DNA of 64,000 nt from a virus (lineage: Duplodnaviria > Caudoviricetes), in the IMG/VR virus record IMGVR_UViG_2861295632_000001; one strand, given 5' to 3'. The notes under the pieces are model-generated. The model was not told where the DNA came from, made no database searches, and saw only the letters and a list, made by a program, of their open reading frames with translations. Of this stretch, positions 47,323 to 54,622 are shown in pieces (the first letter of the stretch is position 1; every line of letters starts with the position of its first letter). A program made the translations under genes and the position numbers.

Positions 47323-48288
47323 ATGAACCGATTCTGGAGTTGGACAGCCGCCGCGCTGCTGTTCGTGCGGGACACCCTGTTGATGGCCTGGGGCGCGATG
47401 ATCGGTCCCCTGCACTTCCTGCTTCCCCTGCTGATGCTGGCAACCGGCGGCAGGGCGCTGGCGCAGGGCGCGGGACTGCCCACGTTCGACCCCGTGTCCT
47501 GGGGCAGCAACCCCTTCGAACTCGGCGCGGTGCTGCTGTTCCTGATCGCGGCCATCAAGCGGGCGGTCGAGCAGAGCGCCCTGAAAGACAAGCGGGAGGT
47601 TCACAACCCCTGGCTGTGGCGTGGCGTCGCAGTGGTGATGGGCCAGGCCGGAGCCTTCGGGTTGCATTACGGCCGGTTCGGGGCCGAGTTGAACCTGTAC
47701 GGCATGCTGCCGCCCCTCTCGGTCGCGGCCTTCGGCCTGGTCGCGGCGGGCGTGGCGATGGGCTTCCGGGATCTGCTAAAGACCGCGCTCGGCTGGCTGG
47801 CCCAGGCCTGGGCGACGAAACCCAGCAGCCCTGCCACGGCACAGAAGACGGTTCCTGCCTCCACGCAGCCCGGCCAGGGGACCATCGTCGCCACCACGGT
47901 GGCCACCACGGCCCCGCCGAGCGGTCTGGAGAACCTGGGACCGCGCGAGGCCCCCGCTGCGCCTCCAGCGGCCAGCGAGCCGCTTCCCTCGGGCCTGGAG
48001 GACGGCCCGCCCCCCGAGGCCTTCGACACCGCGCCCCGCGCCCTGCTCGGCCTGCCGTCGCTCGGGGGCCTGACCTCGCTGCCGCCCGCCGTGCAGGCCA
48101 CGCTCACCGGACTGCTGGCGCAGGCCTTCGGGGGCAGCGTTCCCGCGCAGGTGGCGGTGGAGTACGCCCTGCGCCTGGCGCCACTGGTGCCGGACCTGGC
48201 GGACGGCAGCCCGTACCTGAGCGCCGACAACCGCAATCGCGTGCTCGACATCGTCCTCGACCTCAAGAAGAAAGCAGGCCTGACATGA
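47323..48288 (+). CDS. membrane protein with Pro/Thr-rich linker
   Basis: GGAGG SD; several hydrophobic segments. Confidence 0.7.
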   Translation: MNRFWSWTAAALLFVRDTLLMAWGAMIGPLHFLLPLLMLATGGRALAQGAGLPTFDPVSWGSNPFELGAVLLFLIAAIKRAVEQSALKDKREVHNPWLWRGVAVVMGQAGAFGLHYGRFGAELNLYGMLPPLSVAAFGLVAAGVAMGFRDLLKTALGWLAQAWATKPSSPATAQKTVPASTQPGQGTIVATTVATTAPPSGLENLGPREAPAAPPAASEPLPSGLEDGPPPEAFDTAPRALLGLPSLGGLTSLPPAVQATLTGLLAQAFGGSVPAQVAVEYALRLAPLVPDLADGSPYLSADNRNRVLDIVLDLKKKAGLT

Positions 48289-48683
48289 AAAAGCACCTGA
48301 TGCTGCTGGTCGCCGCCCTGTCGTTCGCCTCCTGCGCCCCGGTCGCCCAGCTCGCCCAGCCGGGCGAGGCGGCCACCCTCACCCGTGACGGCGCGAGCCT
48401 ACTGCTGAGCAACCCTGGCCCTGACGCCCTGACCGGTGACCCGGGCCGCGCGGGAGACGGCCCGGCGCTGACCGTGGAGGGCAGCGGCCTGGTGCCCGAC
48501 GACCAGGCGGCGCTGTGGTGCAAGTCCAACGGCATGAAGACCCGCCTGAGCTGCAACCTGCCGAACGTGCCCGCCGGATCTCGCCTGCGGGTGACCTTGA
48601 TGGCCGGGCAGGTGGGTGACGCCCTGCTGCTGGCCTACCGCGCGAGCAAGGGCGCTGTGCCCGTGTTCGTGGCGCTGAAGTAG
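48285..48683 (+). CDS. lipoprotein
   Basis: MKKHLMLLVAALSFASC lipobox; ATGA-coupled. Confidence 0.8.
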   Translation: MKKHLMLLVAALSFASCAPVAQLAQPGEAATLTRDGASLLLSNPGPDALTGDPGRAGDGPALTVEGSGLVPDDQAALWCKSNGMKTRLSCNLPNVPAGSRLRVTLMAGQVGDALLLAYRASKGAVPVFVALK

Positions 48684-48688
48684 GGAGC

Positions 48689-49078
48689 GTGCAGCTTTCC
48701 CCCTTCCCGCCCGATCCGGGCGCCGACCGCTACGTCTACGACCGTCTCCAGGTGCTGCGGGTGGTGGACGGGGACACCGTCGTGCTGCGCTTTCCGCTGC
48801 CGTTCAACGTGCTGGCCGACCTCGACGTGAGGCTGCTGGGCATCGACGCCCCCGAACGGGTGGGCGCCAGCCGGGCGGCGGGTGAGGCGGCGAAAACCTA
48901 CCTCGCCGCGCTGCTCGACTCCGGGGACGCGCTGCGGGCGCGCTCGCACAAAACCGACCGCTACGGCCGCTACCTCGCCGAGCTGTGGCTGCGGCGGGGC
49001 GGCGAGTGGCACAACGTCAGCCTGTTGCTGCTGGAGGCGGGCCACGCCTCGCCCTATGACGGCGGCGCTCGTCGCTAA
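48689..49078 (+). CDS. thermonuclease (staphylococcal nuclease family)
   Basis: RVVDGDT, VRLLGIDAPE, DRYGRYLA, NVSLLLLEAGHA. Confidence 0.92.
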   Translation: MQLSPFPPDPGADRYVYDRLQVLRVVDGDTVVLRFPLPFNVLADLDVRLLGIDAPERVGASRAAGEAAKTYLAALLDSGDALRARSHKTDRYGRYLAELWLRRGGEWHNVSLLLLEAGHASPYDGGARR

Positions 49079-49108
49079 GCCCCTCCCCGGCCGCCTGAGG
49101 AGGCTCCC

Positions 49109-49516
49109 ATGATCACTTCCCGCGTTGACCTGACCGCCACCCGCGGGGACACCTGGAGCAGGCTCATCCCCATCGAGGTGCAGACCGGCCCGAACACCCG
49201 TCGCCGCGCCACAGCCGAGGAGCTGACCGCCCTGGCCGCGCGCTTCACCCGCATCCGCCTGCACGTCCGCGAGGAACCCGGCGCCCCGGACCCTCCTCTG
49301 CTGGCGTTGAGCAGCTCGACCGGGGCGCTGCGGATCGACCCGGCGGCAGGCGGCCTCGCCATCGAGGGACCGGCAACCCAGATGCGCGGATTTGACGGCG
49401 GCGAGTACGACGTCGAACTGACCGAACCCCGTCCCGGCAACCCCCAGGGCGACCGGGTCTGGACGCTCTGCACCGGGCGGGTCCAGGTGACGCCGGATGT
49501 GAGCGATGGCGCCTGA
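49109..49516 (+). CDS. BppU-N-like structural protein (putative)
   Basis: RGDTW...YDVEL...GRVQVTPDV pattern. Confidence 0.6.
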   Translation: MITSRVDLTATRGDTWSRLIPIEVQTGPNTRRRATAEELTALAARFTRIRLHVREEPGAPDPPLLALSSSTGALRIDPAAGGLAIEGPATQMRGFDGGEYDVELTEPRPGNPQGDRVWTLCTGRVQVTPDVSDGA

Positions 49517-49874
49517 GCTGCCCTTTCTGGCCGGGGCCGAGATCATCCCCACCCTGCCGGGCCTGCCCCTGTTCATCGCGGGCGAGCTGCCCCCACCCCC
49601 GCCGCCCGCCTCGGCGCCAGCTCCCGTCGAGGGCGTGGCAGTCATTCCGCTGCCGGGGCGGGACGGGGCAGCCGGTCCCGTCTTCATCCACCAGCAGGCC
49701 CAGGCCGCCGCCGTGTGGATCGTCAACCACAACCTCGGCCTGCGCCCGGTCCATATCGCCGTGCAGGACCCCACCGGGCAGGGCCTGGAGGGCTACGGCG
49801 TGGAGCACGTCAGCAACTTCCAGACCCGCCTGTCCTTCTCGCCGCCCGCCGTGGGCGAGGCACGAATCACCTAG
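49506..49874 (+). CDS. small structural protein
   Basis: FIHQQ..AAAVWIVNHNLG.RP, a motif typical of fiber-associated proteins. Confidence 0.65.
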   Translation: MAPELPFLAGAEIIPTLPGLPLFIAGELPPPPPPASAPAPVEGVAVIPLPGRDGAAGPVFIHQQAQAAAVWIVNHNLGLRPVHIAVQDPTGQGLEGYGVEHVSNFQTRLSFSPPAVGEARIT

Positions 49875-49883
49875 GGAGGCCCC

Positions 49884-50678
49884 ATGAGCATCAAACGCTG
49901 GAAAGACCTCGACATGCAGGCCGCCAACCGCATTCTCAACCTGCCTGCCGCCGTCGCCGCCGGGCAGCCCGTCACCTTCGAGCAACTCCAGAGCCTGCTC
50001 GAAGGCCTGGCCTTTAAGGACAACGTGCGGGTGGCGACCCAGGCGAACCTGAACCTCGCCTCTCCGGGCGCGAACATCGACGGCGTGGCGATGGCCGCCA
50101 ACGACCGCGTGCTGGTCAAGGCGCAGACCGTCCAGACCGAGAACGGCGTCTACCTGTGGACGGGCGCGGCGAGCGCGATGGTGCGCGCCGCCGACGCCAG
50201 CACCTTCGACGAGCTGGAAAGCGCCATCGTGACCGTGGACGAGGGGACCGACGCGGGCAAGACGTTCCGGCAGACGCAGGTGAACGGCGCCATCGGCACG
50301 AACAACGTCGTCTGGGCCAGCTTCGGCACCGGCGCCTCCCAGGCCACCGAGACCCTCAGCGGCATCGCGGAGATCGCCACCCAGGCCGAGACGGACGGCG
50401 GCGCCGACGACCTGCGGTTCATCACGGCCCTCAAGCTCAAGACCTCGGTCTGGGCGGCCCGGGGCTTTACCGTGCTGTTCGGCGACGGCAGCGCGACCCA
50501 GTACGACCTCTCGCACCTGCTGGGCGGCGAGGTGCAGGTGTCGGTCTACGAGGTGGCGACCGGCGAGTACGCCGACGTGCGCAAGCGGCGGGTGGACGCC
50601 AACACCATCCGCATCAACGCCACCCCGGCGCCCGCCACCAACTCCATGCGGGCCGTCGTCAGCCGAATCGGCGGCTGA
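49884..50678 (+). CDS. fiber/decoration protein
   Basis: KDNVRVAT.AN...IDGV....DRVLVKAQT..TENGVY; ATETLSGIAEIATQAE fiber repeat. Confidence 0.75.
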   Translation: MSIKRWKDLDMQAANRILNLPAAVAAGQPVTFEQLQSLLEGLAFKDNVRVATQANLNLASPGANIDGVAMAANDRVLVKAQTVQTENGVYLWTGAASAMVRAADASTFDELESAIVTVDEGTDAGKTFRQTQVNGAIGTNNVVWASFGTGASQATETLSGIAEIATQAETDGGADDLRFITALKLKTSVWAARGFTVLFGDGSATQYDLSHLLGGEVQVSVYEVATGEYADVRKRRVDANTIRINATPAPATNSMRAVVSRIGG

Positions 50679-50680
50679 GC

Positions 50681-51208
50681 GTGAGCCGGGACCGCTTTCC
50701 CCGCGTCCCGGTGCGCGTGACCGAGGCGCAGCTTCCCGGCGTGGCGGCGCTGCTGGGCGCGGACGACGGCGGGGCCTGGGTCGAGGTCACCGACGGCCCG
50801 TCGCCCGGCTGGCGCCGCTGGACCGGGACGGCGTTCGTCGCCGTCGCCGGGGGCACCAGCGCGCCCGCCCCCACCCTGATCACGGCGGCCGAGGCGCTCT
50901 CGGCCGGGGACCTGGTCGCCGTGCTCCCCGAGGGCGCGCGGCGGGCGAGCGCGGCGCAACTCGGGCGGGAGGCGGCGGGCTTCGTGCTCCAGGCGGCCGC
51001 CTCCGGCGCGCAGGCCGCCGTCTTTTTCCAGGGCGTCAACACGGCGGTGACCGGCCAGACGCCGGGACCGGCGTTCCTCGACCCTTACGCGCCCGGGCGG
51101 ACCACATCCACGCCGCCCACGGCCGCCGGGCACCTCCTCCAGCCGGTCGGGTGGGCCTCCAGCGCCACCTCGCTGGTGTTTCAGCCCGGCCGCAGCACGA
51201 TGCTGTGA
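50681..51208 (+). CDS. fiber-associated structural protein
   Basis: GTG 50681; AAEALSAGDLV...A.A....REAAGFV...Q.VG.A.SATSL. Confidence 0.65.
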   Translation: MSRDRFPRVPVRVTEAQLPGVAALLGADDGGAWVEVTDGPSPGWRRWTGTAFVAVAGGTSAPAPTLITAAEALSAGDLVAVLPEGARRASAAQLGREAAGFVLQAAASGAQAAVFFQGVNTAVTGQTPGPAFLDPYAPGRTTSTPPTAAGHLLQPVGWASSATSLVFQPGRSTML

Positions 51209-51231
51209 GCTGACCCTCTCCGGGAGGCCTT

Positions 51232-53886
51232 TTGAACGTCGTCCAGCAGAAACACACCAACCTGATCTCCACGACCGCCTACACCTCGCACGCCGTCACG
51301 CTGGCCGCGCCCGCCACCGCAGGCAACCTGCTGTTCGCACTGATCAGCGTGGACAAGGGGCCGACGGCCATCGCCACCCCGAGCGGCTGGACCCTGCTGG
51401 AGGCCTACACCACGGCGAGCACCTCCGCCGCCCTGTGCTACCGGGTCGCGGCGGGCGGCGAGACCGGGCTGATTGTCACCTGGGACGTGGGCCGCCTCTC
51501 CTCGTCCCTGTTCCTGCTGGAGGCGAGCGGCCTGACCGCCACGCCCACCTTCACCAGCCTGAACAGCGGCGAGAACAACGTCAACGCCATCGACTTTCCC
51601 CCGATGAATCTCCCCGGCGCGGGCACGGCGCTCGTCGCCTACGTGAACGACAGTCACGGCGCGGTCATCCCCACCTCCACGGGCGGCATCACCCGGCTGT
51701 CCTCGACCGGGTCGGCGGAGGGGGACCGGACCGCCTCCATTCCCGAGTGTTTCGTGGGCTACCACGACGCCGCGGCAGCCGAGACGTTCGACGCGGCGGT
51801 GGGCTTCCCCAGCGCGGCCACAGATCAGTCCTACGGGGCCATCGTGTTCTTCCCCGCCTCGGCGGGCACCCCGGCCGCGACCCTGCGCTGGGCCTGGAGC
51901 GGCGTCGGCACCCAGACCGGGGGCACGGTCGTCGCCAAGACCTCGGCGGCGGCCAGCGTGCGGCTGCGCTACAGCACGGCCGCCGACCTCAGCGGGGCGC
52001 AGGACACGCCCGCGGTGACGACCGCCGCGCCGGACCTCACGGCGCGCTTCACCCCTGGCGGCCTGACGCCCGGCACCGTCTATCACTACGGGGTGGTCAT
52101 CGACGGGGTGCTGCAAGCGGCCCGGGGCAAGTTCAAGACCGCGCCCGCCGCGCCCGCCAGCTTCACCCTGGTCGCCTCCAGCTGCGCGGCGACCGGCAGC
52201 ACATCCACCGTGTTCGCCCGCATCGCCGCCCGCAACCCGGACGTCATGTTGCAGATGGGGGACCTGCACTACAGCGACATCTCCGGCAACGATCCTCCCC
52301 AGTACCGGGCGGCCTATGACAACTCCGTGGGGGTCAGTCAACAGCAGGCGCTGTACCGCCAGGTCGGGACCAGCTATGTCTGGTCCGACCACGATTTCGG
52401 CCCCAACAACTCCGACTCAACCTCGCCGGGCAAGCCAGCGGCGATGGCCGTCTACCGGACGCATGTGCCGTCGCTGCCCCTGCCCGCAGAGGGCGTGTAT
52501 CACACGTTTACCTGGGGGCGCGTGCAGGTCATCGCCACCGACCAGCGGTATTTCGCCACGCCCGCCACAGCCACCGACAACGCCAGCAAGACCAAGCTGG
52601 GCGCAACTCAGAAGCAGTGGTTCAAGGACACTTGCCTCGCGGCCAAAGCCGCAGGGCGCGCCATCGTCTGGGTGAATCCCGAACCCTGGATCGGCGCGGC
52701 GGGCACGGGCGAGGACCACTGGGGTATGTATGCCACCGAGCGGGCCGAGCTGGCGACGTTCTTCCAGCAAAACGGCCTGAATGATCGCCTGGTGATCGTC
52801 TCGGGCGACATGCACGGCCTGGCGCTCGACGACGGCACCAACTCCAACTACGCCGCCGCGCCTGCCGGGAAAGGCCCGCCCGTCTATCAGGCGGGCAGCC
52901 TCGATCAGTCCGGCTCGGTCAAGGGTGGCCCGTATACGGGCGGCTCCCTGGCGGGACCCGGGCAGTACGGCCTGCTGATCGTCACCGACACGGGCGGGGC
53001 GACGCTGACCGTGCAGTTCCAGGGCATCAAGCCCGACGAGACGGTCTGGAACAGCCACACGGCGACCCTCAGCGTGCCGCCCGTGCAGGCGCCGTATATG
53101 ACGGTCGAGAACGGGCAGCAGCGCCTGGTGCCGTTTCCCGCCCTGGGCGGAACACCCAGCCCTCACGCGGCCAGCCACGCCGAGGGAGGCACCGACCCGA
53201 TCACCCCGGCGAGCATCGGGGCGGCGACTACCGGGCACGTCCATAATGCCGCGACCACCACCGTCCCCGGCTTCCTGTCGGCGGCAGACAAAAGCAAGCT
53301 CGACGGCCTGAGCAGCTACACCGACGAGCAGGCCCAGGACGCGGCGGCTTCCCTGCTGACGACCGGCACGCACAGCGGCATCACCTTCGCCTACGACGAC
53401 GTGGCGGGCAAGCTGAACGCCAGCGTCTCCGTCAGCGGCGGCGTCACGACCAAGGCGATCACGGCGAATACGGCGGCCAACACCACCGTCACGCCCGCGA
53501 CGATCACCGGCCTGGATTTTCCCCTGCTCGCCAGCACCACCTACGGGTTCGAGTTCATGATCCTGTTCCAGTCGGCCGCCCCGGCCACCGGCATCGCGCT
53601 GAACCTGCTCACCACCAACACGGCGCAGCTCGCGGCCAACGCGGATATCCCGGCAGCGGCAGACGGCACCGCAGGGACCTTCCACGGCTGGATCACCGCG
53701 AGTGCCGACAAGGTGATCGGCACGGGCGTCCAGGCGGCGACCACCACCTATGTCGCCTTGATCTACGGCGTCGTGCGGACCACGGCTTCGGCCGGGACCA
53801 TCGTGCCGCAGTTCAGCTCGGAGGTCGCGGGGTCAGGCATCACGGTCATGGCCGAGAGCCACGGGCGACTGTGGGCCGTGCGCTAA
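51232..53886 (+). CDS. fiber-like protein with PhoD-family metallophosphatase domain
   Basis: SSC, GDLHYSD, WSDHDFG, SGDMH; fiber repeats HAASHAEGGTDPITPASIGAA and GFLSAADKSKLDG; no Tat signal. Confidence 0.85.
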   Translation: MNVVQQKHTNLISTTAYTSHAVTLAAPATAGNLLFALISVDKGPTAIATPSGWTLLEAYTTASTSAALCYRVAAGGETGLIVTWDVGRLSSSLFLLEASGLTATPTFTSLNSGENNVNAIDFPPMNLPGAGTALVAYVNDSHGAVIPTSTGGITRLSSTGSAEGDRTASIPECFVGYHDAAAAETFDAAVGFPSAATDQSYGAIVFFPASAGTPAATLRWAWSGVGTQTGGTVVAKTSAAASVRLRYSTAADLSGAQDTPAVTTAAPDLTARFTPGGLTPGTVYHYGVVIDGVLQAARGKFKTAPAAPASFTLVASSCAATGSTSTVFARIAARNPDVMLQMGDLHYSDISGNDPPQYRAAYDNSVGVSQQQALYRQVGTSYVWSDHDFGPNNSDSTSPGKPAAMAVYRTHVPSLPLPAEGVYHTFTWGRVQVIATDQRYFATPATATDNASKTKLGATQKQWFKDTCLAAKAAGRAIVWVNPEPWIGAAGTGEDHWGMYATERAELATFFQQNGLNDRLVIVSGDMHGLALDDGTNSNYAAAPAGKGPPVYQAGSLDQSGSVKGGPYTGGSLAGPGQYGLLIVTDTGGATLTVQFQGIKPDETVWNSHTATLSVPPVQAPYMTVENGQQRLVPFPALGGTPSPHAASHAEGGTDPITPASIGAATTGHVHNAATTTVPGFLSAADKSKLDGLSSYTDEQAQDAAASLLTTGTHSGITFAYDDVAGKLNASVSVSGGVTTKAITANTAANTTVTPATITGLDFPLLASTTYGFEFMILFQSAAPATGIALNLLTTNTAQLAANADIPAAADGTAGTFHGWITASADKVIGTGVQAATTTYVALIYGVVRTTASAGTIVPQFSSEVAGSGITVMAESHGRLWAVR

Positions 53887-53942
53887 CACGCCTCGACGAC
53901 TGGCGTACCCGGCAACGGGCGCGGCGCAGACGCTGACTTCAG

Positions 53943-53993
53943 GCCCCCTCCTGCTCTGGCTGCGCGCCGGGGCGGGAGGGGGCTTTTTTCTTT
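53943..53993 (+). terminator. strong intrinsic terminator ending the late operon
   Basis: GCCCCCTCC...GGAGGGGGC-TTTTTTCTTT. Confidence 0.8.
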
Positions 53994-54054
53994 GGGATCA
54001 GAGGAGAGGACGCTGTTCAGGAAACGCTGTGCCGGAGGGCGCTACCATCCCGCA

Positions 54055-54264
54055 GTGACCGACTTCCGCCCCGGCCAGCCCCTCCCCGCCGATGACCGCA
54101 GCACGCAGGAGCGCCAGCTGTACCACGCCCAACTCAAGAGTGGAGAGTGGGCGACCATGACGCGCGAAGAGTCCACCTGGCAGTGGCGACGGCTGCGGGG
54201 TGAGGACGCGGACGGCTACGGGCGCGGGGGCTGGCGCGAGATGCAGAAGTGGTTGCTGGAATGA
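54055..54264 (+). CDS. small hypothetical protein (69 aa), leaderless
   Basis: TACCAT-N6-GTG; paralogue at 59907 supports both coding status and start. Confidence 0.7.
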   Translation: MTDFRPGQPLPADDRSTQERQLYHAQLKSGEWATMTREESTWQWRRLRGEDADGYGRGGWREMQKWLLE

Positions 54265-54474
54265 AGGAAGGCGACCCGGAGGCCGCCTTGATTTCTCCCC
54301 CAGCGCCCGATCCTCAGCCCTTGACGAGCTGCTTAGCGGGGACCTGGAACACCAGCGGGTCCCCTTCCCGGCCTGCCAGCTCTCGGGGCCTCGCGCCCAG
54401 GTCAGGGGCTGCCCGGCGGTCGTGCACGCCGCCAGGGGCGAGGTGACGCGCCGCCTTAATCTTTCGGGCTGACT

Positions 54475-54495
54475 TGTGGAAAACCCTGTGGATAA
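54475..54495. promoter_or_regulatory. two tandem DnaA-box-like 9-mers
   Basis: TGTGGAAAA (54475-83) and TGTGGATAA (54487-95), reverse complement of TTWTNCACA. Confidence 0.5.
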
Positions 54496-54570
54496 CCCGT
54501 AATCTGCCGACACAGACGCAACCCCTGGTGGACGTGGGCGCCGCCTTGCAGGGTCAGAAAGTCAAGACCT

Positions 54571-54592
54571 GCCGCGAAAGCGGCGCTTTTTC
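54571..54592 (+). terminator. GAAA-loop hairpin with T-tract just upstream of the R-M gene
   Basis: GCCGC-GAAA-GCGGC-GC-TTTTT. Confidence 0.5.
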
Positions 54593-54622
54593 GTTCTGAA
54601 TCCACTGCCTGGAGTGTTCCCT

